A stretch of 64,000 nucleotides of DNA from Mobula hypostoma (GCF_963921235.1 NC_086109.1:18602001-18666000), one strand, 5' to 3'. Positions 21,200 through 34,804 are shown, counted from the stretch's first letter. Numbers and translations are program-made. The notes: generated by a model from the sequence alone, not told the origin.

Positions 21200-22825
21200 A
21201 GGATGTTTGATGGCTGTGTTAGGCTGTGGTTATCTCCTCTTACAAAGTGAAACCAAGTGACACAGTTGACAAAAGGGCTTCACTTCCAGATAAGCGCAAT
21301 GCCTTCTCTGCTCGCCTTGCCTGTCAAAACATGGACGAGCCATCACAAACTCTCTATGGTCCTGTTATTTCAGTCCCTGAGACCGATGTGAGAACATTCT
21401 CCAGGAGGGTGAGCCCCAGAAAGCATGCGGCTCGGATGGGATACCTGGCTGAGTACTAAAGACCTCTGCTGATCAGCTGGCTGGAGTGTTCACAGATATC
21501 TTTAACCTCTTGTTTCGACAGTCTGAGGTACCCACCTGCTTCCAGCATGCTTTAGTTATACTGGTGTCTACGAACAGCATGGTAACCTGTCTCAATGAGA
21601 ATTGTCCAGAAGAAGTGATGAAGTGCTTTGAGAGGTTAGTGATGAAACATTTCAGCTGCTGCCAGGGAAGCTACTTGGATCCGCTCCAATTTGCCTCCCA
21701 GCACAACAGGTCCACAGTACGTTTCATTTCACTGGCTCTTTACTCAACCCTGAAACATCTGGACAGCAAAGATGCATACATCAGGATCAACTACTGCTCA
21801 GTATTCAATACTATCATCCGCTGAAAACTATTCAATAAGCTTCAAGACCTTGACCGCAATACCTCATTTTGCAATCAGATCCTTGATTTCCGCACTTGCA
21901 GACCCAGTCAGTGTGGTTGGCAACAAAATCTCCTCCACAGTCTGCATCAGCACAGGTGCACGACTAGGCTGTACTCACTTTACACTTATGCCTGTGTGGC
22001 TATGCACAGCTCCAATGCCATATTTAATTTCGCTGATGCCGCCACAGGGCCAGGAACATTGTAAATTCCTCGGTGTTAGCATTTCAGAGGACCTGTCTGG
22101 GCCCAGCACGTAAGTGTATTTATCAAGAAAATTCAGCAGTGCTGCTACTTCCTTAGGAGTTTCTGAAAATTCGGCATGACATAAAAAACTTTGACAAACT
22201 TCTATAGATGTGTGGTGGAGAGTAAATTGACTGGCTGCATCATAGCCTGATATGGAAACACCAGTACTGTATCCCTGAATGGAAAATGCTACAAAAAGTC
22301 CATCAATGGTGGGAAGATAAAGCCATACACACCATTGAGCCCATCTGCACAGAGCCTTTTCACAGGAAAGCAGCATCCATTATCAAGGACCCCTACCACC
22401 CAGGACATGCTTCCTCCTCACTGCTGCCATCAGAAAGAAGGTGCAGGAGCCTCAGGATTCACACCACGAGGAAGGGTTATTACGCTTCAAATATCAAGCT
22501 CTTGAACCAGAAGGGATAACTTCACTTGCTCCATCACCGAACTATTCTCACAACCTATAGACTCATTCTCATCTCATGTTCTCGATATATGTTGCTTGCT
22601 TGCTTGCTTGTTTGTTTGATTATTTATTTATTTATTATTTTCTTTTCGTATTTGCATAGTTCGTTGTCTTTTGCACATTGGTTTTCCACCTTGTTGATGT
22701 GGTTGTTGATTCTTTTATGGTTACTCCACTTATTGAGTATGCCTGCAAGAAAATAATTCTCAGGGCTGTATATGGGTGACATATACATTATGTACTTTGA
22801 TAATAAATTTGTTTTGAACTTGCAA
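21200..22825 (+). mobile_element. Degenerate Rex1/Babar LINE with RT
   Basis: VFTDIFNL...PTCF, MKCFERLVMKH, LDPLQFA, KFLGVSISEDLS, IIKDPYHPGH. Confidence 0.8.
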
Positions 22826-22874
22826 CATTTAAGGTAGATATGGCACTCATAATAGGATATTAATATAGTTTTTT

Positions 22875-23170
22875 AACTTGTTTATTTGGCAATGCAATGT
22901 GAAATAGGCCTTTCCAGCCTATCGAGACGCGCCACCCCAGCGTCCCCACAACACTCATAATGCTATCCTAATCGTGAGAACATTTGCAGTGACAATTTAA
23001 CCTACCTGGTACGTCTTTGGACTGTGGGAAGAAACCAGACTACCCGGGGGAAACCCACGCATTCCATAGGGAGGGCATACAGAGACTCCTTATCCGTACA
23101 GGATGGCGTGAAACTCTGGAATGCCCTGAGATGTAATAGTGATGTGCTAACCGCTACACTACCATGGCGC
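22875..23170 (-). mobile_element. V-domain SINE
   Basis: tctttggactgtgggaagaaaccagactacccgggggaaacccacgc (reverse-complement V core). Confidence 0.65.
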
Positions 23171-24656
23171 CTAGACAATACATTCTTTAAAATTATGGTG
23201 GTATTATAAAAGAATAGGCTATCTAGTCACTGCCTTGTGTTTTGGTGGGAGTACGTTATAGGCAAATCGTTTCACTGCAGGAATAAGAAATACACTCTCT
23301 TCTCTGCACAATGTTACTGAGGAAAGCTCTGCCTACCAGTGAATTCTTGATTACAGAAGTTTCTAATGACCAAAATAATTAATTGTCATCTACCTAGCTC
23401 CTTAAGCATAGAAACAGTCTAAAATAGTGCAACTGGGAAATTATGTACAATGAGAGCAATATGGAGGTTAGAAGAGACAGATTTTTTGGAAAATTTCAAA
23501 GGAAACAAGAAAGATTTATAGGGAGTTGTGTCTAGGCAGATGAATCTGACAATGGTTGAACAGGAGGAAAGACCTTCTGAACAGTATGTACGTACACCTG
23601 AAGAAAGTTATGGACATGGGGAAATGAAACATAGTGAAGGTATGAAAACACAAGTTATTAAATTCAGAATTAGCAGTTCACAGGTAAAATGTATTCAATG
23701 AATTGCCAAAGATTCACTGAGCCAATCAGCATGGAAAATAGCCCCTTCAGCCCAACTTCTCCATGCCAACCAAGTTGTCTCATGAAATAGTCCCATCTGC
23801 TCACATTTGGTCCATATCTGAGGACAACACCAATTCAGAGCCCGTCTTTCCTCGCTAATTCATTGCTACTCCGGTGACATGAGGAATAGAGGAGGAGGTG
23901 ATGGTTGCCCAAGAGTTGGAACCAGACCTATGTGGGGATCTAGCTGTTTGTCCCTGCCATGGAGCATTGGAATGAGGTTACCCCTCTCATCTGGCTGGAT
24001 ATCCAGGAATTCAATGTACCCTGGAATTTATCAAGAGATGAATTTTGTGGCCATCTACGTTCCATGATATCTACAGCTTTGTCTCTGCCTGTCCCACTTG
24101 TGCCCAGAACAAGACATCAAGTCAGTGCCCTGTGGATCTGCTCTGACCGTTTCCTGTGCCTTACTGCTCCTGGTCCCACCTCTCAGAGGATGTTATCACT
24201 GGTCTACTCCCTGTCTGATGGAAACACTACCATTCTGGTGGTTGTGGACCAATTCTCCAAGGCTGCCCACTTCATTGCTCTCCCAAAGCCTCTGTCAGCT
24301 CATGAGACTGCCACTGTCATGGTTCAGCACATGTTCAGACTGCATGGCTTCCCTCAGGACAGAGTGTCTGATTGAGGACCACAGTTCACATCCGTTTTTG
24401 GAAGGCCTTCTGTTTCCCTGTGGGAGCCACAGCCAGCTTCTCAAGTAGTTTTCACTACAAATCTAATGACCAGACTGAGAGAGTGAATCAGGAGCTGGAG
24501 ACAACCCTATGCTCTGTCTTGTCTCCTCCAACCCCACATCCTAGAGCTCCTAATTGGTTTGGGCAGAGATCAGCTACAGTAACCTCCAGTTGTACTCCAC
24601 TGGCATGTCTGCCTTTGGATGCCAAAAGAGAATCCGGCCACTGCTCTTCACTGACG

Positions 24657-25288
24657 GAGCAGGCGGGAGGAGAGAGAAGCAGCCCGCCGTGCGTGCGCAG
24701 CCCTCCGGTAAAAAATGATATCGTATCCGTTAAATAGGGGCCATGGACAATTCTGATTTGATGGAGATGGACGTGAAAGCACAGAGGAACATCTGGAGAG
24801 TTTTCTGAAACGCTTGTTCGCTGCTGTCGTTACTGCACGTTTGGGAATCTTTCGGAGGGAAGGCCTCAAAATCCCCGGCTTTGCCTGCTGTTGGCGACCG
24901 AGATGGAGGTCGAATCGTTCGGATAGAGATGGCGCTCAGTACTTGGTGTCGGAGAGCTGATTCGGAGGCTCGAAGTTTTTGAATGACTCAGAGTCGGACC
25001 GTGGTCGGGTACGGCAGGGAGTGTTTTTCTTCCTTCTCCCGTCTGCGTGAGATGTGGGACATTTGAGAGACTTTGAACTTTTACTGTGCTCATGGACTTC
25101 CTCATCAAGTTATGGTATTGTTGCACTCTTGTAACTATATGTTATAATTATGTGGTTTTGTTAGTTTTTTTTCAGTCTTGGTCTGTCCTGTGTTTTGTGA
25201 TATCGCACCGGAGGAAATATTGTATCATTTCTTAATGCATGCATTACTAAATGACAATAAAAGAGGACTGCTTGTCTCCATAATCATA
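24657..25288 (+). mobile_element. CpG-rich non-coding retroelement inserted in Gypsy integrase
   Basis: TSD ACTGACG at 24650-24656 and 25289-25295; AATAAA, terminal hairpin remnant and ATAATC repeats at 3' end. Confidence 0.75.
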
Positions 25289-26129
25289 ACTGACGTGGGA
25301 GATCCTGCTGCAGAACCGTTGGTCTAATGCTCCAAGTGCACGTGGAGACAGACCAGAGCTTCTCTGCTGCATGCTCAGGGTCAAGATGCCTGGCAGGCTG
25401 ATTGGCCCTGCTGATAGGTGAGACCTCTCAAGGCAGGGGAGAAAGTCTGGCGGGCTTTTGGGGATTTTCACTTGAAAGTCGAGAGCCACCGGTTGGCCCC
25501 ATGTTACATGGGATCATTCATAGTGGAGAACACCATCAGCAAGGTCTTGTCTAGAGTGAGTCTACCCCGTGTTCCATGTTTCCCAGGTCAAGCCGGTGAC
25601 GTTCTCCCTCACTGCTCCAGTCCCTCCTCCCCACTTGATGGATGTGTCCCTGATCTATTCTGCACAGCGCTGCCTGGCATCTCGCCAGGTGTGGGGCAGG
25701 GTCCAATATCACATGGACTGGGAGGGGTGTGCCCTGAGGAACATTCTTGAGCTCTGGCCCGTGACCTCCTGGACAAGTCTTTCATCCAGGACTTCCGGCA
25801 GGCGCAGGTTTGTGGCGCCTCAGGAGCTCGGCGTAGGAAGGGGCCCCTGTCACAATCACAGGCTCGTCCTTGCAGGTGAGCTGCAGACAAAGTTGGGCAA
25901 TCAGTCTTGTGAGTATGCATGTTCCAGCCAATAAGTGTTGCACTGTGGTGGTATTTAACTCCCTTCCTCTCCTTTCAGTCTTGTCCAGACTTGGTGAAAG
26001 GCAGAGCAACGTCTGCTCCTTGCTTACCGTTGTCCTGGTTCCGGGAAAGAAGCTTAGACAGATGCTCGGTGTTTTTTAGTATTAAGATATTACTGCCTAG
26101 TCACCATATGGGCATTAGCTTTGGCTTGT

Positions 26130-26290
26130 TAACAAAGCTAAAGGAGCTCAGCAGGTCAGGCATGATCTATGGAACTGAATAAACAGTCCTGACTGTTTAC
26201 TCTTTTCCATAGATGCTGCCTGACCTAGTGGTTTCTCCAGCATTTTGTGTTGCTTTAGATTTCCAACATCTGCAGACTTTCTTGTGTTCT
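26130..26290. repeat. Palindromic head-to-head Penelope terminal repeats with hammerhead core deleted
   Basis: Centre AAACAGTC ct GACTGTTT (26181-26198); arms gcaggtcaggc...tctatggaa and ttccatagatgctgcctgacct. Confidence 0.7.
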
Positions 26291-26834
26291 AGTTGGCAGC
26301 CTTGTTGGCCTAGTGTTTTGTAGTTTTTCTTTTATTTCTGCAGTTCCTAATAAAAGTCACTGAACTTTTGATCAACAAATTCCCTCTCTCTTAGCACTTG
26401 AGTCATAAGGCACAGTTGTGTCATATGCTCTCTAAGTTTGGTCCCCCCTACCCTGGGGAAAAGACTGTGACTATTCCCATTACCTATGCCCCTCATGAAT
26501 TTATAAACATCTACAGGATCACCTCTTGGCCTCCTGGGATCCAGTGAGGAAAGTCCTTGCCAATCCAGGCTGTCCTTATAACTCCAGTCCTATTAATATT
26601 CTTATAATTTCTTTTGCACCCTTTCCAAATTAATGATTTCTTTACTAATAACAGGGGGACCAGAATTGTACACACTACACCTAACATGGCTTCACCAACA
26701 TCTTTCTGAATTATTTAGTAATTTTATTAGCATTAATCGCATTAGCATAATAATAACCAGGACAATAATTTTAGGTTGAGCTTCTGGCCCCTCTCGTTAT
26801 TTTTGAATTTTTAAAATGATTTAATGTTTAATCA

Positions 26835-28090
26835 ACTGTTCTTCCACTAAAACTTTAACACAGACGCACAATGGAAAGTATCCTGACAGGTTGCATCATG
26901 GCCTGTATGGAAACACCAATGCCCAGGAACAGAAAAGTCTACAGAATGTGGTGGATACAGCCCAGTTCATCAGAGGCAAGCTCCTCACCACTGCTGAGCA
27001 CATTCACAAGGAGCACTGCCAGAAGAAAGCAGAGTCCATCATCCTGAACCTCCACCAACCAGGCTGTGTTCTCTTCTCGCTGCTACAATCCAGCAGGAGG
27101 TACAGGAGTCTGACATCACCAGGTTCAAAAACTGCTGTTATCCTACAACCATCAGATTCCTGAACCAGCACAGATAACTTCACTCACCTCAACTCTGAAA
27201 TTATTCTACAGCCTACAGGCTCACTTTCAAATAATCAGAATCAGAATCAGGTTTAATATCACTGGCATATGTCATGATATTTGTGGCAGCAGCACAATGC
27301 ATGATAAATATAGAAAGAATAAAGATAAAACTGAATTACAGTAAGTATATGTACATATATTGAATAATTAAATTAAAATAAGCAGTGCAGGAACAGAAAT
27401 TTTTAAAAAACCAACAACTCATGTTGATAATTTATTTATTATTTTTATTTGTGCAATTTGTCTTCTTTTGTACGTTGGTTGTCATTCTTTGCTTATCACA
27501 AACAAGAGAAGATCTGCTGATGCTGGAAATCCGAGCAACACACACAAAATGCTGGAGGAACTCAGCAGGCCAGGCAGCATTTATGGAAAAAAGTACAGTC
27601 GACACTTCGGGCCGAAACCCTTCGGCAGGACTGGAGAAAAAAGGCTGAGGAGTAGATTTGAAAGGTGGGGGTGGGGGGAGAGATAAACGCCAAGCGATAG
27701 GTGAAACTTGGAGGAGAGGGATGAAGGAAGGAGGTAGGAAGGCCTTGGAAGAAAGAAAAAAGGTGGGGCAGGTAGCAGCACCAGAGGGAGGCAAGGAGAT
27801 AACATGAGAGAGGGACAAGGGGATGGGAAATGGTGAAGTGCGGGGTGGGGGCATTACTGGAAGTTTGAGAAATCAATGTCCATGCCATCAGGTTGGAAGC
27901 TACCCAATCGGAATATAAGGTGTTGTTCCTCCAACCTAAGTGTGGCCCTATCCCGACATAATCTTTGCTTACGTTTAATTTTTCATAAATTCTATTGTAT
28001 TTCTTTATTTTCAGTAAATGCTGACACTGATAGTATTTAGTGACATATATGCACTTAGATAATATATTTACTTTGAACTTTGACTTTGAA
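26835..28090 (+). mobile_element. Rex1/Babar 3' fragment with nested insertions
   Basis: YGNTNAQEQKSLQNVVDTAQFIRG...SSRRYRSL; 3' tail tttgaactttgactttgaa at about 28085. Confidence 0.65.
27497..27960 (-). mobile_element. Penelope-like 3' end with mutated hammerhead (27596-27633)
   Basis: Minus frame gives LRLEEQHLIFRLGSFQPDGMDIDFSNF; motif CAGTC CTGCCGA A GGGT-TTCG-GCCC GAAG TGTC GACTG. Confidence 0.75.
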
Positions 28091-30770
28091 TTGAATAGAA
28101 ATTGCGTGGCCTGTCGAATGAATACCTGCAAGTAATTGATTTTTCTAATATTGTTGGGATTCAGATGGAGAAGCAGATAGTTAAGATTACATTGTTTTAG
28201 GCCATTAGTTAACAAGTGTGATTTTAACAATGGCATTTCAGGCTGGCAGCTTGTTTAGTAGCTCAATTGATTCTATTATTGTTGATTTTGGTTTTGTGAA
28301 AGATAGACAGCTAACCTCATTGCACCCTCGTCAAAGGATTAGAATAATATTATCTGTTGTGCCTGCAAAGAATTCCAATAAGGAAAATAGCAGTATGATG
28401 AGAAAGTGACACTCTGAATTCAGCTGGATTGGTGGATTCAAGTGACATGTTTACATGACGTCCTGTGCTAAATCAAGGATGAAGACCATCTCTACTCTCT
28501 GTGCTTAAATCAATATTCAAAATTCAAGATTGCTTAATGTCACTTTCGTAGACGAGTGTAAAGGAGAACGAAAGATTGTTTCTCCAGGTGCAAAAGAACA
28601 CAATAAGATGACAAAAACACAATTATAATAAAACACAATAAATCTAATTTTGTAAGATACATATAATCTGTAGTGAATTATGTGAACAAAGAATGTTTAA
28701 TCAAACAATATGTTTACGATATTACTCAAATATCACTAAAATATTAAATACATATCTCTCCTACCTGCTTAGCTATAGACTCCAACTCAACATAGAATTA
28801 ATCTGAATTCAAATGTGTAATGTATTGTTCTATAGTCATCTATATAATGTGTGCATATATGTATATATACACACACACTGCATACTGTATAATAAAATCA
28901 CTATATAGACATTGACAGCTTAATAAATTGTAAGTTGTCCTATTCAGGCCTAAAGATTTAATCACCTTGGAGGATTTCTTACTCTTGTGGGATAATATCT
29001 TTCCAAACAAGGGAAAGACAATATGCTTTGCAGGTGAGAATTGTGGCTGTGAAACAATCTCAGGTTCTGGGCTTCTCTCTTGGTGGTTGTAGGAGATGAT
29101 TCTGGGACTGTAGGAAGTGGTTCTGACATCTCTGGATACCTTTCTTCTCTAACAATTGACTCTGCTGTCCTCAACCGATGGATCTGTCATCTCCTGATGA
29201 CATCAGATGCAATCTCTACTGTGTAGAAGAATGCTCCAGATCTGTCCTTAATCTTTCTAAGTACCCACTTTTGATCACCTCTGTAGTCACTCAACAGGAC
29301 TGCTTGTCATGAGTGAAACATCGAACATCCTTGTTTGAGGAGCCCTCAATTTGTCTCTGCTGTTTGTCTTGCATATTCCTTCTGAGACTGGGTTTGGGGA
29401 GATCCAAGCTTCAGCGGATGGGACGACCCAGGAAAAGCATAGTTGGTGAGTTGTTGGTTGTGGAGTGTGCTTCAGTGTGATATGTAGGACAAATTTGATG
29501 AACTTCTGATTCAAGGATAGTGTAGTGTGCTCTGTTGACGTTGCTTGCAGTTTGCTCTTTAGACTGGACAAAACTTTCTGCAAAGCTATTTGTTGCTGGG
29601 TGGTACGGTGCAGATGTAATATGTCTTATTCCATTCATTTTCAGGAATGACTGAAACTGTTCCACAATAAGCTGTGGACAGTTGTCACGAGCTAAGTATT
29701 CTGGAACACCAGTCCATGAGAAGGGGCTTCTCAACACATCAATAGTGTGTGAGGCTGTAGTGGAGGCTGTTGGAAACAGTTCTGGCCACTTTGTAGCTGC
29801 ATTCACCACTATCAAGAAATTTGTGCCCATGAATCGTCTGGCAAAATCCAAACGAATCCTCTGCCAGGGTAGTGCAGGCCATTTCCAAGGATGAGGTGCT
29901 GCCGCTGGCATTTGGACGTGTTAGCATCCCATGCAGTGCATGGTAAGCTGTTTGATCTGCTGATCTATCCCAGGCCACCAGCCAAAGCTTCAAGCCAACA
30001 CTTTCACTTTGACCACAGCTAGATGACTGGCATGCAGCTCCTCCAACTCTTTAATTCTCAACTTGAATGGTACAACAACTGTCAATTCCCATATAAGGCA
30101 ACCCCCGTCAGGGGCAAGTTCATCCCACCTCTGGGAAATTGGAGAAAATGGAATTTCTGCTACACCTTCCAGCCATTGTAGATGTCCATGTAGACATTAG
30201 ACAGTGCGGAGTATTTTTTGGTTTCCTTTTGGATTATCTCTACCATAATAGGGAAACTTTTGATTTGCATCAGGGAGAGTGTGTCAAGAGGAGTGTCCTC
30301 TTCTATAAAATTTTCAGGTATTTCCTTTTCCAAGGATAAACAGAACGAGCCATCAGTATTTCCATGAATTCGATCTTGTACGTGTATCCTCCAAGAAAAA
30401 CAGCCCATCTCTGCTTTTCTGCTGCTCCTGTTAGTGGAACACATGACTGGGAATTGAAAATGGCCACCAGTAGTTGACGATCAGTAATGAGAGTAAACTC
30501 TCTCCCATACAGTTAGTGGTTGAAATGTTTTACACCCCAAACTCAAGACATCTCTGTCAATCTGTGCATAATTTTTCTCTGTAGTGGTCAGGGAACGTGA
30601 TGTAATGGTTATTGGGCGTTCACTTCTTTTACTCATAATGTGTGAGTACAGTGTCCGACGTCATTATTTCCTTTTCCTTTTGGAAAGCCACCTCACACTG
30701 CTTTATTTATTGCCATTTCTTCCTGATCTGTAGTAATGAGTTCAAGGGGTGGAGCACAGTAACCTGGTTT

Positions 30771-33245
30771 GACCATAAGACCATAAGCTATAGGGGTAGA
30801 ATTAGGCCTTTTGGGTATTAGGCCAATAGACCATTAGGTCATTTGCTCAGCCATTTCATCAAGGCTGATCCATTTTTTCCTCTCAGCCCCATTCTCCTGC
30901 CTTCTCCCTGTATCCATTCAGGCTCTGACCAATCAAGAATCTATTAACCTCTGCCTTGAGTATACGTAAAGACTTGGCATCCATAGCTGCCCGTGGCAAG
31001 GAATTTCATAGATTCACCGCTCTCTGGCTAAAGAAATTCCTCCTCATCATCATTCTAAAAGGACGCCCCTCTATACTGAGGCTGTGTCCTTTGGTCCTAG
31101 ATTCTCCCACCATAAGAAACATCCCCTCCACATCCACTTTATTGAGGCCTTTCAACATTCAATAGTTTTCAATTAGTTCACCTCTCATTCTTCTGCATTC
31201 TGGTGAATACAGGCCCAGAGCCATCAAATGCTCTTCATATGACAAGCCGTTCAAAGCTGGAATCATTTTTGTGAACCTCCATCGAACCCCCTCTAATGCC
31301 AGGACATCCTTTTTAAGATAAGGGGCCCAAAACTGCTCACAATACTCCAAGTGAGGCCTCACCTGTGCTTTATAAAGCCTCAACATTATACCTTTGCTTT
31401 TATTGAAGTGAACACCACATCGCAATTGCCCTCTTTACTACTGACTCAACCTGCAAATTAACCTTTAGGGAATCCTGTACAAAGACTCCCAAGTCCCTTT
31501 GCACCTTAGCTTTTTGAATTTTCTCTCTCTCCATCTAGAAAGTAGCCTACCCTTTTATTTCTTCAACCAAAGTGCATGGCCATACACTTCTTGACACTGT
31601 ATTCCATCTGCCACTTCTTTGCCCATTCTCCTAATCTATCTTAAGTCCTTCTGTTGCCTCTCTTCTTCCTCAAAACTGCTTGTCCCTCCATATCTTCATA
31701 TCATCTGCAAGCTTTGCAACAAGGCCATCGATTCCATCATCCAATTCATCGGCACATAACAGAAAAAGAAGCAGTTCCAACACAGACCCCCGTGGAACGC
31801 TACTAGTTCAGAATCAGGATCAGGTTTAATATCACTGGCATATGTCACAAAATGTGTTAACTTTACAGCAGCAGTACAATGAAATACATGATAAATAAAT
31901 ACAGAGGAAAAAAAACTGTTACATTAAATATATATATTTATTAAATAGATAAGTTAAAATAAGTAGTGCAAAATAACAGAAAAGTTATTTTGTTAAAATA
32001 ACAAAGTAGTGATCATGGGTTTAATATCCATTTAAATATCAGATGACAGAGCAGAAGAAGCTATTCCTGAATCGCTGAGTGTGTGCCTTCAGGCTTCTGT
32101 ACCTCCTTCCTGATGATGGCAATGAGAAGAGGGTATGTCCTGGGTGGTGGGGGTCCTTACTGATGGACAACGCCTTCCTAAGGCACTGCTCCTTGAAGAT
32201 GTCTTGGATACCACGGAGGCTGGTACCCATGACTAATTTTACAAGTTTCTGCAATTTATATCTTATGCAGTAGCCTCCCCAACACCAGACAGTGATGCAG
32301 CCAGTCAGAATACTCTCCCCAGTACATTTGTTAAAGTTTTTGAGTGTTTTAGTTGACAAACCAAATCTCCTCAAACTCCTAATGAAATATAGCCGCTGTC
32401 TTGTCTTCCTTATAGCTGCATCAATATGTTCCATCCAGGTTAGGTCCTCAGAGATATTGACACCCAGGAATTTGAAATTGCACAATCTCTCCACTTTTGA
32501 TCCCTCTACGAGGATTGGTTTGTATTCTTTCGTCTTACCCTTCCTGAAGTCCACAATCAGCTCTTTTGTCTTACGGACGTTGAATGCTAGTCACTGGGAT
32601 GCAACCAGAAAAGGCTCCCTTTATTCCCAGGCTTTGTCTCCTGCCAATCACCCATGCTTTATCCATGCTAGTATCTTTCCTGTAATTCCATGGGCTCTTA
32701 ACTTGTTAAGTAGCCTCATGTGAGGCACCTTGTCAAAGGCGTTCTGAAAATCCAAATACACATCAACTGATTCTCCTTTGTCTATTCTGCTTGTTATTAC
32801 ATCAAAGAATTCCAATTGATTTCTAAGGCAAGATTTTCCCTTAATGAAACCATGCTGACTATGACCTATTTTATCATGTGCCTCCAAGTATCCAGAAACC
32901 ACCTCCTTAACAATTGATTCTAACATCTTCCCAACCATTTAGATCAGAATAACCGGCCTATAATTTCCTTTCTTCTACCTGTCGCCTTTCTTGAAAAGTG
33001 AATTGACATTTTGCAATTTCCATTCCTCCAGAAGAATGCCAGACTAATAGATTCTTGGAAGATCATTACTAAAGCTTCCACAGTCACTTCAGCCACCTCT
33101 TTCAGAACCCTGGGACATACACAATCTGGCCCAGGTGACTTATCTACCGTCAGACCTTTCAGCTTCTCAAGAACCTTCTCCCTAGTAATGTCAACTTCAC
33201 ACACTTCTGACCCCTGACACTTTGGAACTTCCATCACACTGCTAG
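30771..33245 (-). mobile_element. CR1 LINE inserted in Gypsy, itself split by Rex1/Babar
   Basis: KSPGPDCVCPRVLKE, SQHGFIKGKSC, YLDFQNAFDKVPH, RPHLEYCEQFWAP; GACCATAA repeat tail. Confidence 0.8.
31808..32587 (-). mobile_element. Rex1/Babar 3' fragment
   Basis: FKFLGVNISEDLTW...QRLYFIRSLRRFG...ESILTGCITVW...PSSGRRYRSLK; TCAGAA tail. Confidence 0.85.
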
Positions 33246-33811
33246 GTTTGGCAGGGACCTGCTATAGAATTGACAGATCCTGAAAAAGGGACCACAACTG
33301 TGACCCGTTCTTTGGCCTTGGGGTATCCACCACTGCTTGAGTTTTCTCAGCACTCTTGTGTAATCATTGTGCATTAATAGACCGACCACAGTACGTGATA
33401 CTTACTTTAAAGAATTCACATTTATTGCATTATGCTCTGAGCCCATAATCTTCTAATCTTTTTGACATTACTGTGACATTTTGGAGATCTTCCTTGTCAC
33501 CCTCACCAATAACAACAATGTCATCCAGGTAACACTGAGTGCCTGGGCAGCCTTGCAGCACCTTTTCCATAGATTTCTACCTGAGTGCACATGCAGATGT
33601 TACTCCAAAAATACGTTTATTATAGCGATAAAGCTCTTTGTGAGTGTTTTTGGTGAGAAACACTTTGGACTCTTCTTCCATATCCATCTGTAGGTAGGCA
33701 TTAGCTAAGTCCACTCTGCTGAAGTGCTTCCTCTGTCCTGGTCAGAGGGAACTGATCTACAAACGTACTTTCAGTACTAGGTCAGGGAGGCAGGGAACGT
33801 CAACTCAGACG

Positions 33812-33991
33812 GGCATTTTCATGCCTTACAAGGCGCAGATTGGAAGTCTGTGTGGGGCGCCACTCCTCGCACAGACTCGAGCAATATGTGATTGAGTGCC
33901 TTGCTCAAGGGCACAAACATTCTGCCACAGCTGGGGCTCGAACTAGCGACCTTGAGGTAACTAGACGAACGCCTTAACCACTTGGCCATGG
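33812..33991 (-). mobile_element. tRNA-head SINE with CORE-like block
   Basis: Minus: TGGCCAAGTGGTTAAGG A box, GTTCGAGCC B box, gtgcccttgagcaaggcact. Confidence 0.7.
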
Positions 33992-34804
33992 GTGACCTTA
34001 AAATCACCACAGATCCTGACAAACCCATCCTTCTTGGCTACTGGGACCACTGGCATTGCCCATGGGCTCCACTCAACCTTGAAAAGAATTTCTTCAGCCT
34101 CCATGCAATCCGGCTCACTGATTACTTTATCACAGATGGTATAAGGAACTGAACGAGCTTTGTAAAATTAGTGTGCCATTTTTAACACTACTTTACCCTT
34201 GATATGTTTGAGCTATCCTTGAGCACTGCTGTGACATTATCCAGTACCTTTCTTAATTCACTTTCATTGGCTTTAGTTCCAGAGATGTGGCATGCAAATG
34301 GAGGATGGATCTCCAGTCAAGTTGTAGTTATCTCAGCCAATCACACTCCCACAATGCTGGCCCTCCTTTCGTTACCACATAAAAGCTTAATGTAAGTTGT
34401 ATTTCACTGTTATGAATGTCATTCCCACAGGAGGTATATTTTCTCCAGTATAAGTTCTTAGTTTGATATCTGCAGGCTTCAGTTCAGTACCTTTGAAATG
34501 TCACTCAAACTCATTTTGTGGATGAATGAAACTGCTGAGCCAGTGTCCAATTCCATTTTAATTAATTTTCCGTTCACTTCTGGTGTAAGCCATATCGCTT
34601 ATCTCCTGTTAGTTTTCACATTGTAAATTTCAAGGTACATTTTGGACTATGCAGTAAATGCTATGGCAAAGGCAATTACATTTTCTTTGGAGTATCTGCA
34701 TATCATTTGTGACTTAAGAACTATTCCAAACTGGAAGGGAACATGAGCAGCTCCTAAATTGGCACTGAAGAAGGATCATAGTTTTTAATGTTATCTTCAG
34801 CAAG

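Larger units (their letters stand above)
23820..26423 (+). mobile_element. Degenerate Ty3/Gypsy chromovirus-type LTR retrotransposon (integrase, chromodomain, 3' LTR)
   Basis: ILVVVDQFSKAAHFIALPK...FRLHGFP, SNDQTERVNQELE, FHVSQVKP...QYHMDWEG; purine tract gtaggaagggg then LTR TGTCACAA(25848)...TTGTGTCA(26423) with AATAAA. Confidence 0.8.
28669..34640 (-). mobile_element. Degenerate Ty3/Gypsy element (Mag/K02A2.6-like pol) with nested insertions
   Basis: PHPWKWPALPWQRIRLDFA...KWPE...ARDNCPQL...HITSAPYHPATNSFAESFVQ integrase; RT and protease remnants at about 33250-34640; short AT-rich LTR candidate from 28669. Confidence 0.8.

Noticed and set aside
27596..27633. Hammerhead copy as an active ribozyme
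   Set aside because: Core mutated (CTGCCGA, GAAG); kept only as evidence of the family.
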